The translations under genes were made by a program, and so were the position numbers. Below are positions 39,421-52,386 of a stretch of DNA of 64,000 nt, piece after piece. The stretch covers positions 124,001 through 188,000 of the forward strand of contig NC_043006.1 in NCBI RefSeq assembly GCF_006345805.1, written 5' to 3'. The stretch is from Octopus sinensis (lineage: Eukaryota). Within the stretch, counting starts at the first letter, position 1; the number at the start of each line of letters is the position of its first letter. The notes under the pieces were generated by a model. The model saw nothing but the letters and a program-made list of their open reading frames with translations. It searched no databases and was not told the origin of the DNA.

Positions 39421-40587
39421 ACCCTATATTATATCCCCACTCTCCACTATATTTCTACGCTTCCATACAACTAATGCTGGTGTGTTTTTAAGACAAAGCC
39501 CTGCGTTTGAAACAATTCCTGCTTTGCTTTCTGATCCTCAAATTGCGATAATTATTTCGGTAATCGCTCCCTTAAGCATTCAGATTACTCCGCCAAATGC
39601 AATGCTTATTTATTCTCATACTTAATTGTGCTTTATCTCATAGCTTCAAAATTTTGATGAATGTGATTGCTTATTTCTAGAATGACATTGTAGAGTATGT
39701 GTAAGAGGTCAAATCTGACAGTTTTGAACACATAACAGGTACAATATTTGGGCCATATTGGCCGGTTTAAATGCTAAACAGTTAAATCTCACTAAAGAAA
39801 ATTGTGTTTCATCCCTCCACAGTCGACAAAATAACGTACCAGTCAAGTACTGGGGCCGATGGTATCGACTAACTCCCTCCCCCAAATTTCAGGGTTTTTG
39901 CTTATATTAGAAGCAATTTGAGTAAAGAGTATCCTCTTTCTTTTTCTTTTCTTTATCATTTATTCGAAGGAGGAAAGGAGCGCCCTTAATCTTAACAGGT
40001 GTTTTGAGATCGGTGACTGAGAGTGGAGAAACGACTCGTGTTGTTTAACCCTAGGTCAGCCAGTGTTAAACCGACTCAGATATTTCAGCCTTGATCTTCC
40101 ATTTCTTTTCTCGGGAGCTGGCAATGCCGCCGCGTGGGTAAGAAGCTCGTTTTGTAGCCACGGGATTTTAGGTTCAGTCCTACTGCGCTACACCTTGGGC
40201 AAGTGTCTTTTACTATAGCTCTGGGCCGACCAGTGCCATGTGGGTAAATCTGTGAGGAAACCGTGTCGAAGCCCATCCAATATATGTATGTGTATGTTTG
40301 AATGTGTGTTTTTATGTCTGTGTTTTATCACCGGGTTGAAGGGTTTACTTACTTTTTTAGTACATTTTTTAAAAAGTCTTGAACTTGTTCTATCGTTCTC
40401 TTATGCTGATCCATGCGAAATATCCGTCGGGCTTCCACACAGTTTCCGTCAACTAAATTCATATATATACACCTACATGAAGACACACACAAATACTTTT
40501 ATATATACATACACAAACACACATTTCTATTACACATAATGCGTTGAAGTAATAATAATTTGGAATTTAAGGAGATATTAATAATGG

Positions 40588-40776
40588 TCATAAATTTTGG
40601 CACATGGCCAGCAATTTCGGGAAGGAGTAAGTCTATCAAATCGACCCCAGAGCTTAACAGGTACTTATTTCCTCGACCCCGAAAAAATGAAAGGCGAAGC
40701 CGACCACGGCGGAATTTGAACTCGGAACAAGAAGACGGACAAAATTCCGCCAAGCCTTTTGCCAGCACGCCGCCTT
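40588..40776 (-). mobile_element. SINE family B, diverged
   Basis: ggtacttatttcctcgaccccgaaaaaatgaaaggcgaagccgaccacggcggaatttgaactc. Confidence 0.8.
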
Positions 40777-40954
40777 AAGACATATCAATAATGGAGCTCT
40801 TACAGTGGATATATTAATATAGTCCTCTTTTCCTGGCTTACATGGGCCGCACAGAGTATATTGATGCAGATTTTCTACGACCGGATGCTCTTCCGGCCAC
40901 TAGCCCACACTTGTTTTCAAGCAGGATAATAGTCACCTGTAGACAGATGAGTTT

Positions 40955-41626
40955 TCGCTGAGATGAAACAAAAATTATCCATTTTTGAAAAGAATGATCA
41001 CGTGTGATGAGAAATGGATTATTTACAACAACATAAAACGAAAAAGGTCCTGAGGAAAACAAGATGAACCGTCTTCAAACTCTGCAAAAGCTGGTCTGTA
41101 TCCGAAAGTGATGCTGTCTGTATGTGGTAGGATTAGAAGAGCATTGTGTATTATGAGCTACTTCCACGAAGTCAGACGTTAAATTCAGACTATTATCGTT
41201 CCCAATTAGACTAATTAAAGGAGACAATTGATGAAAAACGTCCAAAATTGGCCAACCAAAAGGATGTTGTCTTTCATCAGGACAACACTAGACTGCACGA
41301 TTCTTTGAAGACCAGGCAAAAATTGGTGCATCTTGGGTGGGATGTCCTACCCCAATCACCGTACTCACCTAAGCTTGCACCTTCGGATTATCATTTAATC
41401 CGACCCCTGCAAAATTCTCTTAATGGGAAAAACTTCGATTCTTTAAAAGAATGTAAAAACTACTTACACCAGTCCATGATCCAGAAAGATGCCAAATTCT
41501 CGGAGGACGGGATCATGAAGCTGTCTCAAATATGGCGAAAGATAGAGGAACAAAATGAGAAACGGTATATCCAGCTATCTTTAATTTCACTTAAAAAACG
41601 CTATGAACATCTTTACCAACTCAATA
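40955..41626 (+). mobile_element. Mariner transposase pseudogene, catalytic half
   Basis: FLKRMITCDEKW, VFHQDNTRLH, PYSPKLAPSDYHL (mariner DDD triad, YSPDLAP motif); stops and frameshifts; decayed right TIR. Confidence 0.92.
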
Positions 41627-41796
41627 CATATGATCCAGATATTCTCTGTATAGAATGCACTTAGATTCTATTCAAGAGATTCAAACTTGAGAGATTCAAA
41701 CTGGAAGCAAATATGAGGATAAGCGAATTAGACAGATCATCAATATATAAAGTATCGAAATGATACAGAGTACAATCTGTATATATGTATACATAT

Positions 41797-41971
41797 AAAA
41801 AAAAGGTCCAACTTACACGGTATAAATGATACAGAAAATTAAAGGGGTGGAAGAAAGGTATTGCAAATCCAACAGCAGTTTATGGGGGCCCAGCCATCCA
41901 TTACCTTTCTTCCACCCGTTTATATCACCCGTTTCTATATCATTTATACCGTGTAAGTTGGCCTTTTTTTT
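41797..41971. repeat. Short element with ~40-bp terminal inverted repeats in TA-rich context
   Basis: aaaaaaaggtccaacttacacggtataaatgatacagaaa ... tttctatatcatttataccgtgtaagttggccttttttt. Confidence 0.75.
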
Positions 41972-41988
41972 ATATATATACACATACA

Positions 41989-42024
<36 letters not shown>

Positions 42025-42039
42025 TATGAATAATTGAGT

Positions 42040-42333
42040 AGTTGAATGAATTATCTTATTATGGATAATTCGGTTAACCGATACCTGGGTAGCAAATTCA
42101 CGTCAGAGAAACACGGTTGAAGCTACATGCCTAGGGCAGAGATCACGTGCTATCGTGTGGAAATTTGTTTGTTTTTTTAAATACAAATAAATGAAAGAAT
42201 GGAGTTGAACGACGAATTAACAAAACTCCTTTATTTTCGACATATGTTTCGAAGGCTGCCTTCAAAACATATGTCGAAAATAAAGGAATTTTGTTAAATC
42301 GTCGTTCAACTCCATTCTTTCATTTATTTGTAT
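42040..42333. mobile_element. Penelope-like HH1 foldback, both arms truncated inside hammerhead stem II
   Basis: Inverted arms 42181-42333 centred on gaaggc-t-gccttc; extension 42062-42170 as at 20485-20595; (TA)n on both sides. Confidence 0.8.
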
Positions 42334-42339
42334 ATATAT

Positions 42340-42411
<72 letters not shown>

Positions 42412-42480
42412 GGAGTAAACACATAAATGTGAAACAAGGTGGAAAAAAGAGTACTCAAATACCAGTGGTAGAGTAATATG

Positions 42481-42637
42481 CTTTATTTTAAGCAGCAGAA
42501 AATTCAACAAAATCTGTTACTCTGAGTTTCTCGTTGCCGTTCATCAGACAGTTTTTGCTAGCAAAAACTGTCTGATGAACGGCAACGAGAAACTCAGAGT
42601 AACAGATTTTGTTGAATTTTCTGCTGCTTAAAATAAA

Positions 42638-42638
<1 letters not shown>
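42481..42638. repeat. Perfect 158-bp spacerless palindrome, one hammerhead motif per arm (family HH4)
   Basis: Centre gct|agc at 42559/42560; + motif 42568-42605 ctgt CTGATGA acg-gcaa-cga GAAA ctc-a-gag TA acag; mirror 42514-42551. Confidence 0.9.
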
Positions 42639-42696
<58 letters not shown>

Positions 42697-42789
42697 ATAC
42701 ATATTTTGTATGTCATGTATTTAATATACTTTATACATTGATCTGTCTAATTTTCTTATATATATATATATCTTCCATATTCTATTTTT

Positions 42790-43033
42790 TATTTGATCCA
42801 GTCATCAGACTGAGGCCGAGCTGGGGCAACACCTTGAAGACTTTTTAGTTGAATGAATCGACGCCAGAACTTATCTTTTTTCTATATTCCTTTAAGCCTA
42901 GTACTTATTCCATCAGAACTATTTCGCAGAACCGCTAAGTTACGGGGATGTAAACACACCAACACCGGTGTGGGACAAACACAAATACACACGCACGCAC
43001 GCACGCACCACCACCCCACACACAGACACACGC

Positions 43034-43067
<34 letters not shown>

Positions 43068-43225
43068 CAGGCTTCTTTAAGTTTCCATTTACCAAATCCA
43101 CTCACAAGATTTTGGTCGGCTCAAAGCTATAGAAGAAGACACTCGTCCAAAAGTACCACGCAGTAAGATTGAACCCGGAACCATATGGCTGGGAAGCGAG
43201 TTTCTTACCACACAGTCATGCCTGC
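42790..43225 (-). mobile_element. SINE family A, diverged
   Basis: Reverse complement of family A. Confidence 0.8.
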
Positions 43226-43783
43226 CCTTGCATATGTACATGTATATGGTGGAAGTCAATTCATGACCGAGTGAGATCGCTTCTTTAACACAGTAAGCCC
43301 GTGCAAAACGCTCCGAGAGTTCAAGAAGTTCCTGTGCGTGGATTTGTTTTGAGTGGAAAAAGTATTGCACAGCACTGGAACCACTTTTCAGCGCAATCAA
43401 CTATGGCACCATTACCACAACAGGGGTTGAAAGGACCAGAAACTAACTGCACATCAGGAGGGATTTGTTTTTTTTTTTTGTTTTTTTTTCGTACGAATTT
43501 TTGTACGAGCTTGCCTTGTCCTAACGAGAATTAGGGGCCCTTCACGTCCAATGGTCCTCAACGGGACCTACTACTCCAGGTCAGGGTAGACCTGAGAGCA
43601 ATAGGGGTTAAGAAGTTGTTCCATACTTCTCAAAATCCTGGAATTCCTGAATCAGGGCACCACTACCGGATGCAGTTTAAATTCATATTCGGGATGTGTG
43701 TGTATGCATGTAGTTATGTGTGTGCTTGTTATGCGTGCACGCGCGCGTGTTTGTGTGTGTAAATATGCATATAGGCATATGTA

Positions 43784-44348
43784 TTGGGTTCTCCGGAAAG
43801 TTCGTGCCGATTTATAGTAGCTTACCTTTCGACTTATTTTAGAACATGGTTGAGGCCATAAAATAGGATTTGACTACACCTCTATTTAGAGCACATTTTA
43901 AGCTATCTTTTCGTGGAAGAAGGTTTATGTTCCTAGAACCTGTGTTAATTCTGTAACCCTTTAAAATGGAAGATAAGAAAGTTCATTTTAAACACTTGAT
44001 GCTTTGGGAACCAGACAAAAATTGCTGCAGCTCGGCTTGGATGTGTTACCTGACCCTCCATATTCACCAGATATTGCTCCTTCGGATTTCCATTAATTCA
44101 GGTCTCTGCAGAAAAGTATTAATGGTAAAAATAACAATTTCTTGGATGACGTAAAATGATATCTTGATGAATTCTTTGCCATGAAACCACCTCAATTCTG
44201 GGAAGAGGGTATTTTCAAGTTAAAAGAAAGATGGAGACACATTGTGCAACAAAATGGTTCATATTTGGTTGATTAAAAATGTAATGCCAAGTATTTATTG
44301 ACCTTTTCTTTCCTTTAAAAATCGGCACGAACTTTCCGGACAACCCAA
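43784..44348 (+). mobile_element. Internally deleted mariner with intact 30-bp TIRs and TA TSD
   Basis: TA|ttgggttctccggaaagttcgtgccgattt ... aaatcggcacgaactttccggacaacccaa|TA (1 mismatch); MEDKKVHFKHLMLWE fused to RQKLLQLGLDVLPDPPYSPDIAPSDFH...ERWRHIVQQNGSY. Confidence 0.95.
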
Positions 44349-44355
44349 TATATGA

Positions 44356-44693
44356 AGGTGTATGGCTCAGTGGTTAGAGCATCGGGCTCATAATCATGAG
44401 GTAGTAAGTTCGATTCCCGAACCGGGCTGTATATTGTGTTCTTGAACAAGACACTTTATTTCACGTTCCTCCAGCTCAGCTATAGAAATGAGTTGCGAGG
44501 TCACTGATGCCAAGCTGCATCGGCCCCTTTGCCTTTGTTTTGGATAATATTGGTGGCATGGAGAGGGGAGGCGGGTATGCATGGGCGACTACTGGTCTTC
44601 CTTAAATAACCTTGCCCGGAATTATACCAAGGAGAGGAACTTTCAAGGTGCAATTTTATGGTCATTCATGACCGAAGGGGGTCTTTACCTTTT
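44356..44693 (+). mobile_element. SINE family E (tRNA head, middle M2, distinct tail)
   Basis: tggctcagtggttagagc (A box), agttcgattccc (B box), tgtgttcttgaacaagacactttatttcacg; ends ctttaccttt. Confidence 0.8.
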
Positions 44694-44738
44694 ATGCTAA
44701 TGTATGTATGTATATATTGTATATATTATGTATGTATA

Positions 44739-44808
<70 letters not shown>

Positions 44809-44818
44809 ATATATAATA

Positions 44819-44854
<36 letters not shown>

Positions 44855-44995
44855 TGTTGTATGTATGTATGTATGTATATATATGTATGTATATATAGTT
44901 AATGCAAACATGAACAAAGAGAAAACAGAACAACGCGAGGACGTGGAACAAGTATAGTGTTACTGGACGCTTAGGAAAAGAAAGAAAGAAAGAGG

Positions 44996-45030
44996 ATTTA
45001 ACGTTTCGAGCGGAGCTCTTCGTCAGAAAC
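44996..45030 (-). ncRNA. Minimal hammerhead motif (family HH2), intact
   Basis: Minus strand gttt CTGACGA a gagc-tcc-gctc GAAA cg TT aaat; host repeat 44900-45100 between TA/TATG arrays. Confidence 0.75.
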
Positions 45031-45194
45031 ATAGAAAAAAGGGAAAGTCCAAGGAAGGGAAGACGGAGGAAAAAAATCGCCAACGGTACACATGCGGTCA
45101 CATATATATAGTATGTATGTATGTATGTATGTATGTATGAATGTAATGTATGTATGTATGTATGAATGTATGTTTGTATGTATGTATGTATGTA

Positions 45195-45225
<31 letters not shown>

Positions 45226-45242
45226 ATGTATGTATGTATGTA

Positions 45243-45273
<31 letters not shown>

Positions 45274-45518
45274 GTGTGTGTATGTATATATGTATGTATA
45301 CATATATATAAATACACGCGCGCACATGTATCTATATATAGACTCACAATATCTCTCACTCACTCTCTCTCTCTCTCTCTCTGAATAATGTGTGTGTGTG
45401 TACGTGTACATGTGTGTTGTGTGTGTGTGCCTGCGTACGTGTGTATGTTATGTATGTTTACTTTAGAATTGATGTGTTTTTGTTTTGCTTTGTGTTGTTT
45501 ACTAAGAAGTCCTGTCGG

Positions 45519-45586
45519 CGGCAGAATCGGCAGAATCGGCAGAATCGGCAGAATCGGCAGAATCGGCAGAATCGGCAGAATCGGCA
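45519..45586 (+). repeat. 9-bp tandem repeat (CGGCAGAAT) x7.5
   Basis: Seen directly, perfect units. Confidence 0.95.
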
Positions 45587-45924
45587 TCTCGATGCAGGCA
45601 GCGGCTATTGATAGCATTTCTCGTACTCTACCACGTTTCTCGGTCGCACTGACAACTCGCCAGGTTTACAAATGGAAAACCCTCCCACGCCAACACTCTT
45701 TGGATTCCGTCCATAAAGGCACCATTTGTAATTTGGTATATACATATATGTGTATATGCATGAATGTATGTATGTATGTATGCATGAATGTATGTATGTA
45801 TGTATGTATGTATGTATGTATGTAGTATGTGTGTGTGTATGTAGTATGTTGTATGTATGTATGTATGATGCATGTATGTATGTATGTATGTATGTATGTA
45901 TGTGTGTATGTATGTGTGTATATA

Positions 45925-45978
<54 letters not shown>

Positions 45979-46423
45979 ATATGTATGTGTTTATGTATAT
46001 ATATATATATGTATGTGTGTATATGTATGTGCGTATGCATATTTGTATATATGTGTGTGTATGTGTGTAAATACATATATATGTATATACACACACATAC
46101 ACATAATTACCTATATACAACATTCACATACACGCATATTCTCACATATATATGCATATAAAAATAAACACATTATGCATGTGCGTGTATGTATATATAT
46201 ATATACACACATATACATCTGTACACATATATACGTACATGTATATATGCATACACATATGTACACACATACGCATTCACATGCACATATACACACACAT
46301 ACACACATACGTGTGTGGGTACGTATACGTGACATGTCTCAAGCCAGTATAAGGAAAGTTTACATTCGCAGATGGCCACAGACATGCACCGAAAAGTGTG
46401 CAGTCGATTCAATAGATCTGTCA

Positions 46424-46526
<103 letters not shown>

Positions 46527-46659
46527 TCTCTTGTATTGGGATCTTTGATATCGGCAACTTTTACAATTTCTTATCATTCTGCATTATAATTTCTTTCACA
46601 TCTATGGTATTTTACAGAAATATTGATTTCAAAACATTTCGAGCAAGAGGGTAATTCTA

Positions 46660-47235
46660 GTATATCGACCCCAGTACTCAGCCAGTACTTTATTCTATCG
46701 ACTCCGAAAGAATGAAAGGCAAAGTTGACCTCGGCAGAATTTGAACTCAGAACGTAAAGACGGACGAAATACCGCTAAGCATTTTGCCCAGCATTCTAAT
46801 GATTCTGCCAACTGATAGAATCGTTATGAAGCCGGGCAAAATGTTTTGCGGCATTCAGTCCGTCTTTACGTTCTGAGTTCAGATTCTGCCGAGGTCAACT
46901 TTGCCTTCCATCCTTTCGGGGTCGATCAATTAAGCACCAGTGAAACACAGGGGTCGATGTAATCGACTAATCCCCGCCCCCGAAATCTCAGGCCTTGTGC
47001 CTTGAGTAGAAAGGATTATTTATACCCACATAAAAGCAACGAGCTGGCAGAATCGTTAGCTCGCCGGATGAAATGCTTAGCGGCATTTCGTCCGTCCTTA
47101 TGTACTTATTTTATCGACCCATAAAAGATGAAAGGCAAAGACGACCATGGCGGAATTTGAACTCGGAACGTAAAGACGGATGAAATGCCACTAAGCATTT
47201 TCTCCGGCTTGTTAACGATTCTGCCAGCTTGCCGC
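46660..47235. mobile_element. Cluster of four SINE B pieces in -,+,+,- orientation
   Basis: 46660-46812 (-), 46816-47018 (+), 47033-47100 (+), 47101-47235 (-). Confidence 0.85.
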
Positions 47236-47765
47236 AAAATTAACGAATATATTACGACAGATTATACTGTAAAAACCCAGATGATAAAAAAACTTTGATG
47301 TTTATTTTCAAATAGTTAATTTGAGGAAATAAAAACATATAAGATAACACATTATATGTGAGTGAAAAACGACCAGCTGGGTCAAGTAAGGGTCACATGC
47401 AACTCTCTCCACCAGACAATTCTCGTATTGGGATTTTCTGTACTCGCAGACGTTTTCAAAGCACTTTTGCGTCGGACGTGACACTAGCATTCCACATCTT
47501 CAGGGCGGATCATTTTCAAGTTATGATTCTTCATTGCTGTGGTTATCATGAATATCTTAATCTTCCAGTTTTATTTCCACCTCCCCCCAATTAGCAATTT
47601 GTCAGCTCAATGTCTTGTTTGAAGCCGTCTGTCAGTTCCAGAAGAAAAAAACTTTGGCAATCGGATGAGATCCCTTCTTGTGCGTTTCATTTGCTTTTCT
47701 TTAGAGTTGACTTCTGTCTTTATAGGCAGGTCTCCGTCGCGCTTTCTACTGTCCCTAACAGTTTC

Positions 47766-47998
47766 TTATTTCTTTATTACCCCCAAGGGGATAAACACAG
47801 AGGTGACAAACAAGGACAGACAAACGCATTAAGTCGATTGCATCGACTCCAGTGCGTAACTGGTACTTAATTTATCGACCCCAAAAGGATGAAAGGAAAA
47901 GTCGACCTCGGCGGAATTTGAACTCAGAACTTATGGGCAGACGAAACACCTCTAAGCATTTCGCCCGGCGCGCTAACGTTTGTGCCAGCTCGCCGCCT
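47766..47998 (-). mobile_element. SINE family B, full length, tail 1
   Basis: Perfect 16-bp TSD tgtccctaacagtttc at 47750-47765 and 47999-48014. Confidence 0.95.
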
Positions 47999-48520
47999 TG
48001 TCCCTAACAGTTTCCATCCTATTCTCTTTCCACATCTTCTTCATTATCACTACAAGATTATTTGGTTTTCTTATCGTCCATGTCTTGAGTGTCGATTTGG
48101 GGGATTTCACGACAAAGCAAGTCTTTCGGTTATTCTCGGAGCTGCAAGTGGTGGTACGACTTGAAGTGCGATTGAAACAAGAACCTCTGGGACCAGCAGT
48201 TGTTGCTGTTACCTCAGCTCTCTCTCTCCCCCTCTCCCACCCTCTCTCCCCTTCCCTCCTCTCTCTCTCCCTCCTCCCTCTTTCTCTCTTGACAACAAAC
48301 CAGAAATTAGCATCATTGCCAAATATCTTTGTGACTTTCGTATTGTATCACTCCTTGTATTACGACACTCTTTTATAGGCGGGTTGTTTTATACATTTGC
48401 TCGGTCATCTCTTTGCCTTGTTCTATTTTATAAAACAAGTACACCATTTCGTAACGTTTAGCTTGTTCGAGAGAAGAAATATCCCCTACACATCAGCTAA
48501 GTGTACATCTTATTGGAGTC

Positions 48521-48571
<51 letters not shown>

Positions 48572-48573
<2 letters not shown>

Positions 48574-49140
48574 GGCTAGCTGGCAGAATCGTTAGCACGC
48601 CGGGCGAAATGCTCTACGCTCTGAGTTCAAATTCCGCTGAGGTCGACTTTGCCTTTCATCCTTTCGGGGTCGATAAAATAAATACCATTTGAACACTGGG
48701 GTCGATGTAATCGATAATCCCCTCCCCCAAACTTCAGGCCTTGTGCCTTTAGTAGAAAGGATTATTATTATTAAAGCGGCGGGCTAGCAGAAACGTTTGC
48801 ACGCCGGGCGAAATGCTTAGCTGTGTTTCGTCTGCCGTTAGGTTCTGAGTTCAAATTCCGCCGAGGTCGACTTTGCCTTTCATCCTTTCGGGGTCGATAA
48901 ATTAAGTACCAGTTACGCACAGGGGTCGATATAATCGACTTAATCCGTCTGTCTGTCCTTTTTGTCCCCATCTTTGTTTAGCCCCTTGTGGGTAGTAAAG
49001 AAATAGGTATTTCTCCCGTCGCTACGTTCTGAGTCCAAATTCCACTGAGGTCGACTTTCCCTTTCATCCTTTCGGTTTCCATGTAATTGATTATTCCCCT
49101 CCCCCAAAATTTCAAGCCTTGTGCCAATAGTAGAAAGGAT
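48572..49140 (+). mobile_element. SINE B monomer (48572-48763) and SINE B dimer (48773-49140)
   Basis: Dimer junction gtaaagaaata|ggtatttc at 49005/49006. Confidence 0.9.
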
Positions 49141-49578
49141 TGTTGATGTTGTTGTTGATGTTATTGTTGTTAACGTAAAGAAACCTGCAGCGTTGTTTTG
49201 TGATGCGTAGATATGTAACCTTAAGTTTTCTTTGTTCTTGAATAAAGAACTCCAGAAGATAATCGCTCTTCTTAATTACAAATATCTGTAAAGCAGGTTT
49301 CTTCTCGGCCAATCGGTTCTACTATGTGGTAGAGTGTGGGTGAAGCCAATACTGCGTTCTGTTTTTTTTATGCATTTTCTTCCGTTTGACATCAAGTGTA
49401 TGTGCGTAGATGCATCGTGTTTATTGTTGCTTTCTGCTTGATTTAGGAGAAAGACATTTACGTTTTCGAATATCAAATTGACTATTTGTATTTACGAGTA
49501 TAACAGTTTACTTCATGGTAAATTTTTTTTCTTTCTGCTTATCTTTTTCAAAATTCTTTTTTAAGAAAATTCTGTTTA

Positions 49579-49946
49579 GGCGCAGGAATGGCTGTGTGGT
49601 AAGTAGCTTGCTTACCAACCACATGGTTCCGGATTCAGTCTCACTGCGCGGCATCTTGGGCAAGTGTCTTCTACTATAGCCTCGGGCCGACCAAAGCCTT
49701 GTGAGTGGATTTGGTAGACGGAAACTGAAAGAAGCCCGTCGTATATATGTATGTGTGTGTGTGTTTGTGTGTCTGTGTTTGTCCTCCTAGCATTGCTTGA
49801 CAACCGATGCTGGTGTGTTTACGTCGCCGTCACTTAGCGATAGAATAAGTACTGGGCTTACAAAGAATAAGTCCTGGGGTCGATTTGCTCGACTAAAGGC
49901 GGTGCTCCAGCATGGCCGCAGTCAAATGACTGAAACAAGTAAAAGA

Positions 49947-49955
<9 letters not shown>
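49579..49955 (+). mobile_element. SINE family A
   Basis: Full head and tail, short internal deletion. Confidence 0.95.
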
Positions 49956-49983
<28 letters not shown>

Positions 49984-50109
49984 ATCTGCTTCCTTAATTC
50001 GTTTCTTGTGCCCTATGAATATTAAGCAGTTGTCTTTTAAAGGGGCGTATTCTTGCCTCTCCCTTTCTTGTTACAAGTTCTTACTGCACTAGTAATAAAG
50101 GAAGACTTA

Positions 50110-50385
50110 GACTTTGGTCTGTCATAAGCTCCGTGACTCCTAAGGCCGGATCTTAGCCCAATTTCCATGACTGATATTACAATACATCCCACTGGGATAA
50201 GATGCCAGTCCCTCACGGGATTAACTTCCCAGCTATTGCTAGAAGTCATTTTTACACCTGAGTGGACGGAAGCAGCGTGAAATGAAGTGCTTTTGCACAA
50301 GGACACCATGTACTGCCTGGACCGGGAATCGAAAACAAAATTCTACGATAGAGAATGCAACACCCTGACCACTAAACCACACACT
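50110..50385 (-). mobile_element. Diverged SINE: middle M2 + family D-like tail
   Basis: ctgagtggacggaagcagcgtgaaatgaagtgc matches 25748-25780; minus strand gggactggcatcttatcccagtggg resembles ggaccggcgtcccatccaggtgggg of family D. Confidence 0.6.
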
Positions 50386-50879
50386 TTCGTAGTAACGGGA
50401 GCAATGCTGAAAATTATTGTAAACGCAACAAATTTTGAGGGAAAGTATTTCTGTCTACCTCAAGTATTGAAGTAAACGTACCGGAGTAAAACGTAGCTCC
50501 GACGATCCTTGTTTGTGAAACAGTTACAAAAGCCAACATGTGTTGCATCACGCCTTCAAACCATAAACGAAATAATAATGATGATAATGATAATAACTGT
50601 CTATTACAAGGACAAGGGTTGAAAAATATTGTGGGGGCGGGGCTACATCGATTAAATCGATTGCCGGTGCTCCATTGGCAAATAATAAGACACGTATTTT
50701 TTTCCATCTTAAACTTACTCTGAGCGCCTATCTAATATATTCGCTGTGTTCGTCCTTTTGATTTGTGTTTTATGGTCCTTAATGGTTATTCTAGGATGCA
50801 AAGGGACATATGGTTCAGTTCTGTTTTATAAATCATATTTCGTCATGATTTCTTTTAGATATATTGTTAACTAGGTGAC

Positions 50880-52003
50880 CAAGTAAGAAGTGGAGAAGGA
50901 AGTTCTGAAAGCATCGTTGCTCGAGTAAGAACAGGCTGGGCTAAGTTCAGTGAGTTACTACCTTTGTTGTTGACTATTGGCCTCTCCCTCAGAGTGAAAA
51001 GCAGATTGTATGATTCCTGTATACAGCTATGCTACATGGCAGTAAAACATGAGCTATGACTATAGAGGATATGCGAAGGCTTGAAAGAAATTAAGCCAAC
51101 AGGCTCCACTGAATGGGTCGTTGTCAATGTGCACAGACACGTGTAAATGATTTAAGAGGAAAACTGGGCGTGAAAGGCATCGGATGTTTTGTGCAGGAGA
51201 AAGGACTGTACTTGTATGGCCATGTGATGCATGTGGGTGAGGACAGCTACTTGAAGAAGTGTCAGTCCCTAATTGTGGAGGGAGCCTGTGGGAGGTTTTT
51301 GTTTTTTGTTCCTTCTCAAGCCATGCCTAGCTCATAAGGGCCGGTTTCCCAGTTTCCTTGGCGTATAGGTTCCCCACATGGATGGGACGCCGGTCCGTCG
51401 CAGGTCAGCTGCAAGATGCAGGAGGAAAGAGTGAGAGAAAGAGTCAGCAGAAGTTCGCTATTACCTTCTGCCGGAGCCGCGTGGAGCTCAGGAGTTTCGC
51501 TCATAAACACACACATTACCCGATCCGAGATTCGAACCCACGATCCCTCGACCGTGAGTCCGCTGCTCTAACCACTAGGCCATGTGGAAGGTGTAGACCC
51601 AGGAAGATGTGGGGCAAAGTGATGAGAAAACATCTTCAGACGCTGAGCCCTTCTGAGGAAATGACAAGGAACTGGGAGTTGTAGCGATTACACGTCAAGC
51701 AAAGTAAAATCGCAACCACCCATACAGACAGACATGTCCTTTACACGTGCTGGCGTCACATTAAATGTACTTGTGCCGTTGCACTGGTGTCATGTAAAAT
51801 GCACTCGCCCTGGTGCTATGTGAATGCACTAATGCCATTGGTATGTAAAAAGTACCCATTATACTCTATAAAGTGGTTGGTATTAGGAAGGGCATCGATG
51901 CCAAAACGGACAGTTGGAGTCTGGACAGTTCTCTGGTTTACGAGCTCCTATCAAACCATCCAACCCATGCCAGCATGGAAAACAAACGTTAAATGAGGAT
52001 GAT
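50880..52003 (+). mobile_element. RTE-clade LINE 3' fragment interrupted by a SINE
   Basis: SIVARVRTGWAKFSELLPLL..GLSLRVKSRLYDSC, LYGHVMH, VEGACGR / RPRKMW; 3' end ccatgccagcatggaaaacaaacgttaaatgaggatgat. Confidence 0.8.
51297..51582 (-). mobile_element. SINE family D nested in the RTE fragment
   Basis: Reverse complement of 57077-57379; candidate TSD tgtgg(g/a)aggt at 51287-51296 and 51583-51592. Confidence 0.9.
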
Positions 52004-52269
52004 ACACACACACACACACATACACACACACACACACACATGCATGTGTGTATATATATATGAGTGTGTGTGCATGTGTGTGTGTGTATGTATATATGTG
52101 TATGCATATATGTGTATGTGTGTGTGTGTCTCTGTACATATATGCATGCATGTATGTATACGTATGTGCATATATCTCTGTCTCTCTCTCTTTATATATA
52201 TGTGTATATATTTATATTGTATATATGCATGTATGTATATATATATATATATATATATATACACGCACG

Positions 52270-52386
<117 letters not shown>

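Noticed and set aside
47340-48200. Unique-looking sequence that could be a decayed ORF
   Set aside because: No recognisable motif in any frame after removing the SINE; left unannotated.
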